Below are positions 10,898 to 22,157 of a stretch of 64,000 nt of DNA, piece after piece. Positions within the stretch are counted from its first letter, which is position 1. Each line of letters opens with the position of its first letter. Below the pieces are notes generated by a model. It ran no database searches, was not told where the DNA came from, and was given only the letters and a program-made list of their open reading frames with translations. Made by a program: the position numbers and the translations under genes. Source of the DNA: an uncultured virus (IMG/VR IMGVR_UViG_3300011339_000925) (taxonomy: Duplodnaviria; Heunggongvirae; Uroviricota; Caudoviricetes); the IMG/VR virus record IMGVR_UViG_3300011339_000925, one strand, 5' to 3'.

Positions 10898-11968
10898 TTA
10901 TTCGAGATTTAATTTATTATCTTGTTGTTTTGTTGTATAAATTGGATTTTCAGTTACCATCATCAAGTATTGAACCGTGTTTTCTACAATCTCTTGATGT
11001 GTCTGTTCATTCAACTCACACATACGATTCAAACTTAATGATATTTGTCTAGGTTTTCTAATATAATCTATACCTAGTTCACTTATTATAAATGTTGAAT
11101 CAAAAATTCCATACAAATTATCGTATGCTAAATAACTTCTTGCAAAATCTTTATTAGGTTTAGCAAAAGGGTCAGCTAACAATTCAGATAAATTAGAATT
11201 AACACTTAATATATTAGGTATAACTCTATCTGATTTTTGTTGAAATAATTCAAAATCAGTTTTAATTACTGATATAGTATTAGTTGCAGAATCATCTACC
11301 CTAAGCGTTCCTGTAAAAAGAATAGGAGAAACAATAATGAAAGAATCTGGTCTATAATAAGACTTATATCTTTCCCAATACAATTTAACAGGAATTTCGT
11401 TATTAAATCCATAAATATTTACATCTTCTAAAACTAAATTTATTAAATAAAATTTTTCTAAAGGTGAACTATATACTTTAGAATAGTCTGTATTATTAAA
11501 CAATATTAATGTTTTAGGAATAACATTAGTATAATTTAAAGTAATGTTAAAATCGTTATAAAATTGAGAAGTCTTAGTTGAATTAGGAAACTTAACAAAA
11601 CCTACATATTCTGAAGATTGTTCTGTTACAGCAAAATCTTTATTACAATCTGTATAAATTTTACTATAATCTCTAATTAGTTGAAGATAGTCTGATGGTA
11701 AAGGTATGTAACCTGTATTACTATTTAATTTAATAACTCTAGCAGAATAGTTAGGTACAATTAAATCAGATATATCATCTAACATTTTTTGGTCAAGAGC
11801 AAACCCAGTATTTGTTTCTGTACGTTTAATTCTTGATTTTACATATCTTTCTTGATTAACATTTAGTGCCCAATCAATCTCTTCAGGTAAGAAATTCCTA
11901 TTTTGATTAGAATTTACTTTTTGAAGAGATTGACGAACAGCTATATGTAATTCTTTAACAGTTTGCAT
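10898..11968 (-). CDS. Tail ring / head-tail protein
   Basis: FLPEEIDWALN...YIRKP...CELNEQTHQEIV motifs seen in crAss ring proteins. Confidence 0.6.
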   Translation of the reverse strand: MQTVKELHIAVRQSLQKVNSNQNRNFLPEEIDWALNVNQERYVKSRIKRTETNTGFALDQKMLDDISDLIVPNYSARVIKLNSNTGYIPLPSDYLQLIRDYSKIYTDCNKDFAVTEQSSEYVGFVKFPNSTKTSQFYNDFNITLNYTNVIPKTLILFNNTDYSKVYSSPLEKFYLINLVLEDVNIYGFNNEIPVKLYWERYKSYYRPDSFIIVSPILFTGTLRVDDSATNTISVIKTDFELFQQKSDRVIPNILSVNSNLSELLADPFAKPNKDFARSYLAYDNLYGIFDSTFIISELGIDYIRKPRQISLSLNRMCELNEQTHQEIVENTVQYLMMVTENPIYTTKQQDNKLNLE

Positions 11969-12227
11969 CTAAAACTTTTATTTTAATACCGTTATCTAAA
12001 TACACTATTTTAACTAACTCTTTAAAATCAATATCTAATATATGCTCATCTCCACTACAAAATATTACGATAGTATCTTTTGTCATTTCCCCTTCTTCAT
12101 TTAAAAAAGGTCTAATACTTTCAATACTATCTGTATTAATAAATATAGGACATTTTATTTCAGAATGTTCTACACCTAAACTATCTAATTTTTCATTAAT
12201 TAATACGGTATTAGTTCTAATTATCAT
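11955..12227 (-). CDS. Hypothetical protein
   Basis: ORF tightly packed in operon. Confidence 0.6.
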   Translation of the reverse strand: MIIRTNTVLINEKLDSLGVEHSEIKCPIFINTDSIESIRPFLNEEGEMTKDTIVIFCSGDEHILDIDFKELVKIVYLDNGIKIKVLDANC

Positions 12228-12229
12228 AA

Positions 12230-13096
12230 TTAGTCTGTTTCTATAGGTGATTTAAGTGATGCTTTAATTTTATTAAGTTCAGGAGCATTTGCTTTATCTT
12301 TTAAATTAACAAGTACTTCTTCCATAGTAGCACCAAGTGATGTACCAGATTCATTCCATACTATATTAGTACCAATTCGTTTTAATACTCCTTGTGATAT
12401 TGCTTGAGAAAGTAGATACCTTAATTTAATATCTTTATCTTCAATCAATCTAATAAATTCAACTGGTTTACTTTCAGATAGTTTTTTAAACTCTAGTGCT
12501 TTTTTAGCTTCTGTAGTTTTTACGTTAGCTAAATCAAGAACCATATTAACTGTTTTTGCAACATCTTTATTCAACAAATACAATTGAGCTGCTTTGTCTT
12601 TTATTGCAATAATTTGTTTTTCTCTATTTAATTCTGCATCTGGATCTTCAATATACCATTTAATCAATTGATTACCTTCAGCACTACCTTTTGATTTTGC
12701 TACTTGAGGATGTCCTAGTGCATGTCTGTATGCAACATAATGTACAGGATAAAGAGGAAGATTAATTTCAGATAATGGTTTAGTATTATCATGCAATCCT
12801 ATTTCTAATTCAATTCCTTCTTTAGGAACTTTAGTGTTAATTGCATCAAAGTATTCTTCACATTTTGTTCTAAAATCTCTATCTGTTGCTTCACAATTTA
12901 ATATAACAGGCATTAAAATTCTTTGTTCTTCGTAAGTTAAACCAGAACCTGCTTTAACAGTTCCCCTATCCCAATAAGCACCTATTGGTCTTGAAGAATC
13001 TCCCATCATTTCTTCAATGTCTTTTTGTGTGTAATCACCAATTACAATTTTTCTTTTAATGACTACTCTTCTTGAACTTGGATCATTATTAATCAT
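12230..13096 (-). CDS. Conserved crAss-like virion protein downstream of MCP
   Basis: 288 aa; position immediately after MCP. Confidence 0.55.
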   Translation of the reverse strand: MINNDPSSRRVVIKRKIVIGDYTQKDIEEMMGDSSRPIGAYWDRGTVKAGSGLTYEEQRILMPVILNCEATDRDFRTKCEEYFDAINTKVPKEGIELEIGLHDNTKPLSEINLPLYPVHYVAYRHALGHPQVAKSKGSAEGNQLIKWYIEDPDAELNREKQIIAIKDKAAQLYLLNKDVAKTVNMVLDLANVKTTEAKKALEFKKLSESKPVEFIRLIEDKDIKLRYLLSQAISQGVLKRIGTNIVWNESGTSLGATMEEVLVNLKDKANAPELNKIKASLKSPIETD

Positions 13097-13165
13097 AGTA
13101 TATTTTTTGTTATTACTTAATTGTTATTTTACAAATATTTTGCAAAGTAACAAGTTATTATTAAT

Positions 13166-13200
13166 AAAACAAAAATCCCTTCCTAAAAGAAAGGGATTTT
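13166..13200 (-). terminator. Intrinsic terminator after MCP
   Basis: AAAATCCCTT...AAGGGATTTT. Confidence 0.7.
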
Positions 13201-13233
13201 GCATTTTACTACACTATGAAAAACAAAAAACAA

Positions 13234-14754
13234 TTACTGAACCATTTCAAAATGGAAACATTTGTTTGAACGAAGTAGTTGAACACCACCTACTTTCAAA
13301 CGGTGATAAGAAGCAGAGTCTACATCAGAAGATATTATACCATCTGAACCACCAAACATTTGTTGAAGTGATTTAGGAACTGGAGCCATACCTTTGATAA
13401 TACCATGTTGCATTTCATCACGTCCTTCCAAAGTAACATATTGTAGGTTAGGTTGTCCTTGATAAACTGAATCATCAATAAACACCATACGATATGATTC
13501 TAGAGGATAACCTGTTTCAGGATGTACAACACCACCTACACGTTGAGCTTCAGCAATGTAACCCATATCAAATACAGGGTTGTGTTTTACTTTGATAGTA
13601 TAACCATCAATATGAGCAAAACCATTGAAGAAACCACCTAGTTCTAGATCCCAACCTGAACCTTTAATAAACTTCTCATTATTATCAGCGTAATTAGGAA
13701 CAAGACCAGTAGCACCTAGAGCTTTAGATTTAAGCGCACGGTCAATTTCTCTCATACCACCTCTACCTGTATAAAGGGTAATTGACATATTAGAAGTATC
13801 TGACTGACCAAATAGAGCAGTTCCTATTTTAGTAGTAAGAAGGTCATAAGACAAACGAGTGTAAGTAGAATAGTTACCAATTTGCTCCAACAAACCTGAA
13901 CCTGTAGGAATAGGTTTACCAGTAATAGCATCTTTCAATTCTACCAAACCATTATCTTGACGATTGTAATGTGAATACCAATACATGTGCTCACACTCAT
14001 TCAACCAAGCTTTTTCAAACTGATACATGAAATAATCCATCCAAAGATTAGTTTCACCACTATCAGTTTTAAGTTTCATTGACATTGCTCTGTTAGCTGA
14101 GTTACCTGCCCATGACATAGACTTACGAATATGTGTCATTTGGTTTTTCACTTTACCAGGAGCAACCATTTTGTGTTCAGTACCACGAGATTCTGATTCT
14201 GCAACAGCTGCAAAAAGTTCAATCCAAGCAGTACCTCCAGCAAGCTCTGAATCAGGACAAAAATCAGTTACTGAACCTGAAGCTAATTGACAAGTATATT
14301 CATACTGTCCATCTACAAAAATAGGATCACCCAAAACACGAGCTTGCAAACCACGTCCTGATTGGATAATATACTGACGTTTAATCCAGTTATCAGTAAA
14401 GCGAAGTTTAAAAGTAGTAAATCCAATACCAGGAGTAGCACTTGTATTAATAGACCCTGAAGCTAAACAGTCTACTGCTAGACGAGATGCTTTAAAATCT
14501 CTACCCATGATAGGATAAGTGTACTGAATGTCTTTCATTTTAGAAACTTTTCCTCCTGCTTTTCCAAGTATGTCTGAAGCTACAGCCATTGAAATAGGAA
14601 AGTTGTTTCCATAATCACCCAACATATAAATTACCTGTGAGGTTAGCTCATCAGGTTTACCATGACGTTGGTTATAAAAATTATCTTCATCCAACATTGA
14701 CTTTGGATCAAAGATCATTTCTTGCATGGTAAGTTTAATAGGAAATCCTTGCAT
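13234..14754 (-). CDS. Major capsid protein
   Basis: 506 aa, strong codon bias, TerL-portal-scaffold-MCP order, G.GLLEQI and LYTGRGG motifs, terminator downstream. Confidence 0.85.
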   Translation of the reverse strand: MQGFPIKLTMQEMIFDPKSMLDEDNFYNQRHGKPDELTSQVIYMLGDYGNNFPISMAVASDILGKAGGKVSKMKDIQYTYPIMGRDFKASRLAVDCLASGSINTSATPGIGFTTFKLRFTDNWIKRQYIIQSGRGLQARVLGDPIFVDGQYEYTCQLASGSVTDFCPDSELAGGTAWIELFAAVAESESRGTEHKMVAPGKVKNQMTHIRKSMSWAGNSANRAMSMKLKTDSGETNLWMDYFMYQFEKAWLNECEHMYWYSHYNRQDNGLVELKDAITGKPIPTGSGLLEQIGNYSTYTRLSYDLLTTKIGTALFGQSDTSNMSITLYTGRGGMREIDRALKSKALGATGLVPNYADNNEKFIKGSGWDLELGGFFNGFAHIDGYTIKVKHNPVFDMGYIAEAQRVGGVVHPETGYPLESYRMVFIDDSVYQGQPNLQYVTLEGRDEMQHGIIKGMAPVPKSLQQMFGGSDGIISSDVDSASYHRLKVGGVQLLRSNKCFHFEMVQ

Positions 14755-14864
14755 TTTAATAAAGGGGTTTAGGTTTACATTAAATTCTATGCAAATAAAA
14801 AAAGGATTTGATTAATTATCAAACCCTTTTTAAACACTTATATTTATAAATGTTAAAACAATTT

Positions 14865-15980
14865 TTAACTACCTAATTTCAATTTATTTTTTAATTCTTG
14901 ATTCCAAGTAGGTTTAGATGGATGTTCTTTATCTATTCCACCACTAGCAAATGATTCTCTAATATTAGATTTTAGTTTTTTAGCATTTTCAGTAATTGCT
15001 TGTCTAACTACTATATCTTTTAAATTACCATTTTTATACCTAAAGTATTCAGTTTGCAATTGTCTATTTAATTTGTTAATATCTTTTTCAAGAGGAACAA
15101 CAGCATAAAAATTACCATCGCTATATTGAATGTTATTAGCTAGAAACTCATAAAATCCTTTTTTATCTTTTTCATTAATAACAAAATCACCAATTTGTCC
15201 TTTTACTACAACATCTTCTATAACAGAACCAAATTGATTTATTTCTTGTTGTTGATTTTGTTTTTCTTTTTCTATTAATTCAAGTTCTTGTTGAAACTTA
15301 TATTCCTGTTCTTCTTTTAATCTTTTTAAAGATTCTTGAGATTCAGTATACAAATCACCTGAATTATAAATAGTTTTTACTAATGCTTCAATCCTTTTTT
15401 CACTTACTCCTTGTGCGCGCATATCTTCTTTAAGAATTGCTTTTTGCATATCTTCATCTTCCTCATCAATAGAAAGATTAGCATAATCAAAAGAAGTTTC
15501 TTTATACAATATAGAAGGGTCTTTACCTTCTTGACGAAGTATAAGTGCTTGGTATTCTTTAGGATATCTTTGTGCTAATTCAGATTCAAAATCTTCAATT
15601 CCTTTATCTCTAAATGCTTTTGCATAAATCAAAGCACCTTCAGGAGATACAGGGTCTATATTACCAAAATCTACTTCAATAGATTCACCTGCTAATTTTT
15701 CTAAATCTCCCCAAAAAGATTCTTGTTCAGGAGTTTCTGTATCTTCTTCTTCTTTATTAGATAGTAAATCTTGTAAAGAAGTATTTTGTACAGATTCTTC
15801 TTTTTTCCTTGGTTTCTTTTCTTCTACAGGAGGTGTAGTAACAGGATTGACAACTGTCTGCTCTATAGTAGGAGTTTCTTCTACATTTTCTATTATTGGA
15901 GCAGTATCTGTTTGATTTACAGTAGTATCTGTTTCAGACGTACTTGTACTAATTAAATCTTTTAATGATTTTTGTGACAT
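14865..15980 (-). CDS. Putative capsid scaffolding protein
   Basis: Acidic, low-complexity N-terminus, coiled coil; between portal and MCP. Confidence 0.6.
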   Translation of the reverse strand: MSQKSLKDLISTSTSETDTTVNQTDTAPIIENVEETPTIEQTVVNPVTTPPVEEKKPRKKEESVQNTSLQDLLSNKEEEDTETPEQESFWGDLEKLAGESIEVDFGNIDPVSPEGALIYAKAFRDKGIEDFESELAQRYPKEYQALILRQEGKDPSILYKETSFDYANLSIDEEDEDMQKAILKEDMRAQGVSEKRIEALVKTIYNSGDLYTESQESLKRLKEEQEYKFQQELELIEKEKQNQQQEINQFGSVIEDVVVKGQIGDFVINEKDKKGFYEFLANNIQYSDGNFYAVVPLEKDINKLNRQLQTEYFRYKNGNLKDIVVRQAITENAKKLKSNIRESFASGGIDKEHPSKPTWNQELKNKLKLGS

Positions 15981-16013
15981 AGCTTATATTGTTTTGTTTA
16001 ATTGCAAAATTAA

Positions 16014-18476
16014 TTATTTTTTAGAACTTTTATTTCTACTCTTAGCAGCTATTTTACTAACTTCTACTTGTTTATCAGCTCTATATTTTTCAGCAGCTAC
16101 TTTCATTTTAGTCTGCTCATGTCTTAAGTTAATATCTTTTTCTTTTAAGTCAAGCTCTTTTTTATGTAATGTTAGTTTATCTAACTGATCTAACCTAGTA
16201 TTATAAAGTTTTTCTCTATCTATAGCTCGTTTTTGAACTTCGTTAATATCCAAAATACCATTGTTATTTACATCACCATCGTTATCTCCAGTAGCTTTAA
16301 TATTTTCAATTTCCATTTTAATATCCCCTTCAATATACGCTAGTTGTTCTTCTCTATTGTATTTAAGATTTATTTCTCTTTCAGTAAATATAGCTTGAAT
16401 TTCAGCTTGTTGCTGTTGTAACAATAACATTTCTTTTTCATGTTCTTGCTGAGTTATTTTTTCATTTTGAGCTTGTCTTTCTAATTGCTCTTGCTCTTTT
16501 CTTTCAATCTCTCTCAACACATGTTTAATCTTAGCAGTATTTTCAGCTTCTAATACTTCAATAGCAGAAGACATTTTACCACCATTTTGTAAATAAGGTT
16601 GAATTAATTGTTTTAAAGAATCTAATCTTTCTTTTTGTTTAGAGTTGTTCATAACCCTTATGCTCAAATCTAAATAAGAATATACTTCAGGATTAATGTT
16701 AATCAACTCTAATCTTCTATCATTAGAATAAGTCAATGACTTATATCCTTCTCTATATGCTACTCTTGACAAATCTAATAATCCTTGCAATTCTCTTTGC
16801 AAAAACTCTTCATGTTTAATAAACAAATCTTCTGTAATTACAGCTGATGCGTATGCAGCATTAGTAGCGTTAGTTGCTGTTTCTGATGCAGCAATTTCTC
16901 CCAACCTTTGTTGAGAAAACCCAATCGTATCAAAACATTGCTGTCTAATCCAATCCATTAATCTAATCATGCTTTGTATATCTTCATACAATCGCATATC
17001 TAATACTTGGTATTGATTAAATGCTCTATCTGCTTGTCTGTTAGACCTATCAATTAACGCAAACCCAAGAGTATCAGCATAATAGAAAAATTTCTCTTCA
17101 TCCCATTCAGCATCTTGTGGTATAACAGCTTTATCTAACAAAAGAATTTTATCTTTTGATTTAGCTATCATCCTTTCTAACCTATAATTACAAATAATAA
17201 ATAGTTTAACCCATTCTATCATTAGTTCATATATAGATACGTTAGATGCATGGTCATCAGAATAACATCTACCATTAATAGGTAATTTACATCTTGAAAT
17301 ATTATTTAATTCATTTCTTTGGTAAGGTAATGGTCTAATACCTAAAAAATCTTCTCTACCAATTTTATATCCTTCCCAAACTTCATTAACCCATTTCCAT
17401 TCAATCTTCTCATCTCTTTCACGATTTCGTACATAATCTTCAGATACTACATCTTCAAACTTTTGTCCAAACTCATCAATCCATGATACAAAACCTACTT
17501 TCTTTTGTGATTTCCAAGTTACATAATAAACTGGTATTTTATTCAATATCAAACTATCAAAATTCCTTGTACGAATATCAGTTAAAAAGTTAGCAATATA
17601 AGTACCGTTTACATAGTTTTGAGTATCAAGTTTTTCTAATTGTTTTTCTTCTATTTCTTTATAAAATCTATCTACTACTTCTCCAGGTGTTAATAATAAT
17701 CTTCTAATTGCTACTTCACCATCTTCTATATAAGGAGAATAATACGATTTAATATACCATAAATCTAAAGGACTAATTCTTTCATATTCTATTTGGTCAT
17801 CTCGTACATCTTTTTGTGAATACTCTTCTCCTGCTATTACAAAGTCTTTAAACATCCACCTAGTTTTTTCAAAGAAATAAGTAGAGTTAATAATATTTCG
17901 CAATAACTTATCAGCTTCAATTACTTCAGAATCAATATAATTATCGTCAAATTGAGCTTTTAGTTTATCAGGCATTGGTACTTCCTGTTGTTGTGCTTGA
18001 GCATTTTTAAATATTTCAGGATCCAAAGCATTAATAAAATGTTGTTTTAAATTATCATGCATTACTGCAGTTAATTGCTCAAAATATTTATTATATCCTT
18101 CTTCACCAATTTTATCTACAAACCAACTAAAAGGTCTTTTAGTATATTCACCTAACAATTTTTCAATTACAGGTCTAGCTATATTTGTTTTTCTAATAAT
18201 AGCTGGTTGTGTTTTAAATGCTTCATTCTGATTATTAAATGGATTTAATATAGGAGCAAACCATTCATCAGGAATTTGGTTATTATGTATTTTATATAAT
18301 AAAGCTAAATCTTTTTTAGCACCTATTTTAGATGTGTATTCTGAATAAAAATACGCATGCTTCAAATAGTAATTCATGTTATCTTTACCCCATTGATTAT
18401 CGTTTGCTATTTTTTCAGCATAAGTTAATCTTTGTTGAGGTTTTAATTGAAGATTTTTAGCATCAGTTAAATTCAT
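16014..18476 (-). CDS. Portal protein
   Basis: 820 aa after TerL; LLGEYTKRPF, WVNEVWEGYKIG, GFSQQRLGEI, C-terminal coiled coil. Confidence 0.85.
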   Translation of the reverse strand: MNLTDAKNLQLKPQQRLTYAEKIANDNQWGKDNMNYYLKHAYFYSEYTSKIGAKKDLALLYKIHNNQIPDEWFAPILNPFNNQNEAFKTQPAIIRKTNIARPVIEKLLGEYTKRPFSWFVDKIGEEGYNKYFEQLTAVMHDNLKQHFINALDPEIFKNAQAQQQEVPMPDKLKAQFDDNYIDSEVIEADKLLRNIINSTYFFEKTRWMFKDFVIAGEEYSQKDVRDDQIEYERISPLDLWYIKSYYSPYIEDGEVAIRRLLLTPGEVVDRFYKEIEEKQLEKLDTQNYVNGTYIANFLTDIRTRNFDSLILNKIPVYYVTWKSQKKVGFVSWIDEFGQKFEDVVSEDYVRNRERDEKIEWKWVNEVWEGYKIGREDFLGIRPLPYQRNELNNISRCKLPINGRCYSDDHASNVSIYELMIEWVKLFIICNYRLERMIAKSKDKILLLDKAVIPQDAEWDEEKFFYYADTLGFALIDRSNRQADRAFNQYQVLDMRLYEDIQSMIRLMDWIRQQCFDTIGFSQQRLGEIAASETATNATNAAYASAVITEDLFIKHEEFLQRELQGLLDLSRVAYREGYKSLTYSNDRRLELININPEVYSYLDLSIRVMNNSKQKERLDSLKQLIQPYLQNGGKMSSAIEVLEAENTAKIKHVLREIERKEQEQLERQAQNEKITQQEHEKEMLLLQQQQAEIQAIFTEREINLKYNREEQLAYIEGDIKMEIENIKATGDNDGDVNNNGILDINEVQKRAIDREKLYNTRLDQLDKLTLHKKELDLKEKDINLRHEQTKMKVAAEKYRADKQVEVSKIAAKSRNKSSKK

Positions 18477-18511
18477 TTACAATATATTTTACACAAAGTT
18501 AAAATTATTTT

Positions 18512-20632
18512 TTAATTTAATGACCAATCCTTATTTAATATAGCAATCTCATTAGATAAATCTAAGTTACTTGTATTATATGATACTTGTCCAGTAAATA
18601 ATTGTCTTTTAAAAAAGTTAGAAGTTGATTTTCTTTTTACAGTTTCTAACATATAATCTTTTTCTTTAAACATATACATAGCAAGTATCATTGCAGATAC
18701 TCTATCAAAGTTTTTTCTAGGGTCTGGTGAAAACTTTGCTATTTCTTGTAGTAACCCTAAATCGTAAATTAAATGTACATTTAATATCAATCTATTATCT
18801 GCAGTAATTCCTCTTTCTTTTAACAACCATTCTGAAAAATAAAGTAAACCCATTTTTTTAGTATCTTCAGGCATACTCATAAAATAACTTCTGTTTCTTT
18901 GATTCTTATCTAACTCTTTACCATGTAAAATAAAGTTAGGTGAAAACTCACATAAATGTAACTCATTTTTATTTCTAAAATAATCTAGCAAAGATTGACC
19001 TCCACCCATTATCTCAGATTGTATTGTAGCATTATAGTATTTAGCTAAATATCTAATTTGTCTATGAAAGTTAGATAATAAAGAAGGTCTACCTACAAAC
19101 TTTGCAACAATCTTATCCCCTACACCAAAATCAATAGAATTTTGTTTAATAATATAACATACACCTAAAGATGTTTTATCTTCAGCAGTTTCTATTGCAT
19201 ACGGATCGACTACTGCATTGTACAAATAATCAGGTACAGCATTATTTAATCTTTCAGGTTGTTCATAAATAGTAATACACCCTGTTAAATCATCATCGTT
19301 TTTATGTGGGTATTTATCAATAGGATGTACATCATTCTTAATATGAAATTCAATGTCTTTACCATTGTCATATAATGAACCATGCTCTATATTTTTTTGC
19401 ACATCTTTATTGTTTTCTACATTTCGTATTTGTTCATGCACATAATACAATGCATCACCAAACACATTAGAACTCACTCGTTTAAATAATTCAGCAGGAT
19501 TAAAAGGTCTTTCAGCTATTAACCTATCTAATGCTTTAAAGTCTTTAGCTCTTTTTCTTTTTTCTCTTAACTGTTCCCACTCTTTTTTAGATTCTTCAAA
19601 TTTAGGATTTCCATGTTCATCCATAAACTTAGGAGAATAAGCAGTACATGGTACAAAAAATCCAAATTCTTCTAAATCATTTTCATCCCAAACATTTTCA
19701 AATCGCATAAAGTTATAAGGTTCAGGAGAATAAAAAATATCTTCTAATCCTTCTATTCCTTCTCCTTCTTCACCACCTGTACCAAACATAATTATTTGAC
19801 CAGTAGTTAATGTATCATCTTCTACCAAAGGTTTACTAATCTCTATTGCTTTCTTTAAATTCTTAAATGAACCTGCTTCTTCAAACACTAAAAGTTCACC
19901 CCTACCACCCCTAACTTTTTCAGGGTTATCTACTATAATACCACCTATTAAAGATTCATATCCTTTTACTTCTACTCCTTGTGGTGTTTTAATTTTTACA
20001 GATGCTTTTTTAGTTGTTAAATTGTCAAACTCCATTCTATTTTTTCTCCACCAACCATCTGTTTGAGAGTTTAACCATTCTAAATCATCCCATGCTTTTA
20101 ATAAAATACCATCATTACCCCAAAGAAAAGGTTCTTTTGCAGCAAAATAAAAAGACTTGCTTTTTCTAACAAAGTTATAATTGTATACACCATGAGCAGC
20201 AGCTTTATAACTAAAACCACATCCACGAGTTTTTGCACAAATTAAATGTTTACCACCTACAAGTGCATCTTGTAAATTAGGTTTCCAATATAAATCTAAC
20301 GATTTTAATTTATCTTCTGTAATACCCCATCGAGATATTTCTTTTGCCCAAAACCAATTGTAATCCAATAAGTTAAACTTAGGAAATAAAGATTCTTTAC
20401 GAGTTCTATTCCCATCTACAATCGCAATTTTCATTGGAGTGTAGTTTAAAAAGAAATAATGTTCACCAGTAATTTTAGTATTTCCTACTTGATATCCTTC
20501 TTCACATCGTTTTGTTTCTTCTCTCCAAAACTCGTACCATTCTTTAGATTTCTTTGGAGCTTTTGTATAACACTTGTGCTTTAAAAAGAAATCAGCAACT
20601 TTTGTAAACTCTGAAACATTAACTGAAATCAT
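18512..20632 (-). CDS. terL: Terminase large subunit
   Basis: ITGEHYFFLNY, Walker A-like KTRGCGFSY, Walker B VFEEAG, GTGG, nuclease VDPY and NFDRVSA. Confidence 0.92.
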   Translation of the reverse strand: MISVNVSEFTKVADFFLKHKCYTKAPKKSKEWYEFWREETKRCEEGYQVGNTKITGEHYFFLNYTPMKIAIVDGNRTRKESLFPKFNLLDYNWFWAKEISRWGITEDKLKSLDLYWKPNLQDALVGGKHLICAKTRGCGFSYKAAAHGVYNYNFVRKSKSFYFAAKEPFLWGNDGILLKAWDDLEWLNSQTDGWWRKNRMEFDNLTTKKASVKIKTPQGVEVKGYESLIGGIIVDNPEKVRGGRGELLVFEEAGSFKNLKKAIEISKPLVEDDTLTTGQIIMFGTGGEEGEGIEGLEDIFYSPEPYNFMRFENVWDENDLEEFGFFVPCTAYSPKFMDEHGNPKFEESKKEWEQLREKRKRAKDFKALDRLIAERPFNPAELFKRVSSNVFGDALYYVHEQIRNVENNKDVQKNIEHGSLYDNGKDIEFHIKNDVHPIDKYPHKNDDDLTGCITIYEQPERLNNAVPDYLYNAVVDPYAIETAEDKTSLGVCYIIKQNSIDFGVGDKIVAKFVGRPSLLSNFHRQIRYLAKYYNATIQSEIMGGGQSLLDYFRNKNELHLCEFSPNFILHGKELDKNQRNRSYFMSMPEDTKKMGLLYFSEWLLKERGITADNRLILNVHLIYDLGLLQEIAKFSPDPRKNFDRVSAMILAMYMFKEKDYMLETVKRKSTSNFFKRQLFTGQVSYNTSNLDLSNEIAILNKDWSLN

Positions 20633-21189
20633 TATAGTTCGTTTTCACCTATTTCAATTCCACCTCTACTATTACCTTGTTCACTCAATTCTTTTTTCAC
20701 CATATCCTCTGTTTCTTGTAGATTCTTAATTAAAAGCTTAATCTCTTTCATTGCTTTTATATTCTCTGTAATAGTAGCTAAATCTATTTCATCAGATTCA
20801 GAAGAAGCATCTAAACTTTCAATCATTCTATCTATATTTTTCATAGATGCTTTTAACAACCTTAGTGCTCTTGTATCTTGTAAACATTTGTAATGGTCAA
20901 TAGCTTCTTTTACATCTTTATCAGGACTCCAATCATTAGGTAAACCTGCAGCTTTTTTAGATTCTACTATTCTATCTTCTTCAGAGTAGTTAATTAGATT
21001 TGACCTATAATCACATAACAGATAGATATAAGTAAACTCTTTTTGAGCTTGGTACTTATACCTACCTTTATAATGTGGAGAGTTATTTCCTTTATCTCGT
21101 AGATAAAGTTTTTTAAATGGTTCATGTAACTGAATCCATTCTTTATTTAACTCTACTAAAAAATCATCATTCAATTTGAATAACTCCAT
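20632..21189 (-). CDS. Putative terminase small subunit
   Basis: Helical 185 aa abutting terL; C-terminal RGG motif. Confidence 0.5.
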   Translation of the reverse strand: MELFKLNDDFLVELNKEWIQLHEPFKKLYLRDKGNNSPHYKGRYKYQAQKEFTYIYLLCDYRSNLINYSEEDRIVESKKAAGLPNDWSPDKDVKEAIDHYKCLQDTRALRLLKASMKNIDRMIESLDASSESDEIDLATITENIKAMKEIKLLIKNLQETEDMVKKELSEQGNSRGGIEIGENEL

Positions 21190-21190
21190 T

Positions 21191-21577
21191 CTAACTTAAT
21201 GTCAATAAATACAATGTTTTATCTACTAAAGAAAGCATTTCATCTGCTATATTTGCTAAATGCGTATCGTCTGGACTATATGATTTTCTAACTAAACCAT
21301 CTTTTGCAAACAATGGTCTAATAGACTGAATATATTTCATTGCATCTATATCGCTTTCTATGTTAGGTGCAAGTTTACCTTTAATCCTACCATAAGTACC
21401 TTGATATGTTTCTATAAAGCTATCTGTTAAATCTAGTATTCCATCATAAAATTCATTTAACGCTTTATGTGCTGCAAAACTTGTTGTTTGCAAATGAATA
21501 TAATGAACTTGATCTCTTACTTCAAATAGTTTTTGCAGTACTAATCTACCTTTTTCAGAACCTTCTTTTATTAACAT
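21191..21577 (-). CDS. Ferritin/Dps-like four-helix protein
   Basis: HYIHLQTTSFAAHKALNEFYD...DSFIETYQG...YLLTL. Confidence 0.7.
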   Translation of the reverse strand: MLIKEGSEKGRLVLQKLFEVRDQVHYIHLQTTSFAAHKALNEFYDGILDLTDSFIETYQGTYGRIKGKLAPNIESDIDAMKYIQSIRPLFAKDGLVRKSYSPDDTHLANIADEMLSLVDKTLYLLTLS

Positions 21578-21588
21578 TGTAATTTTAT

Positions 21589-21876
21589 TTAATTTATATA
21601 TACTCCAATAATTATACTCTCATGAAATACTAAATATCTTTCTTCATTTAATTCAATAGGAGTTACTTGACCTACCCCAAATCGTGATACTGAAATAAAA
21701 TCTCCTACTTTACAAGATACTACAGCATCACCTACTGCTACTACCTCTAGTTTATTCAAAGTTTCTTTTTCTTCCTTAGTCAAAGACTCTGGTTTAATAA
21801 TACCAGAAGTAGTTTTGTTAGAAATAAAAGGTTCTTTTACTACTACGTTACTAAATGTTGGTTTGTAATTAATCAT
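21589..21876 (-). CDS. groES: Co-chaperonin GroES-like
   Basis: KP...VVV, TTSGII, EVVAVG, KVGD, ESIIIG motifs; 95 aa. Confidence 0.85.
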   Translation of the reverse strand: MINYKPTFSNVVVKEPFISNKTTSGIIKPESLTKEEKETLNKLEVVAVGDAVVSCKVGDFISVSRFGVGQVTPIELNEERYLVFHESIIIGVYIN

Positions 21877-21895
21877 AATTTTATTATTTAATTGT

Positions 21896-22129
21896 TTATT
21901 TGTTTAATTCTTTTTTAGCTTTACAATAATTAATTGCATCCATTTTTCGTTTATTAAATTCTATTTTAACTAAATAAGGTATTAATACATTTTCAAAATT
22001 TCCTGAAGTTACTACAGTATGAGCAAACCTATGCCAATGCTGTTCTATCTTTTTAATTAAAAATTTTGGTGTATCTACTACTTCAGCTACTTCATTAATA
22101 ACGTCTTGATTGCAAAATTTATTTTCCAT
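21896..22129 (-). CDS. Small HU/IHF-like protein
   Basis: VINEVAE...GNFENVLIPYLVKI resembles the HU fold. Confidence 0.45.
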   Translation of the reverse strand: MENKFCNQDVINEVAEVVDTPKFLIKKIEQHWHRFAHTVVTSGNFENVLIPYLVKIEFNKRKMDAINYCKAKKELNK

Positions 22130-22157
22130 ATATTTAGCAAATATAATAGTTTTAAAT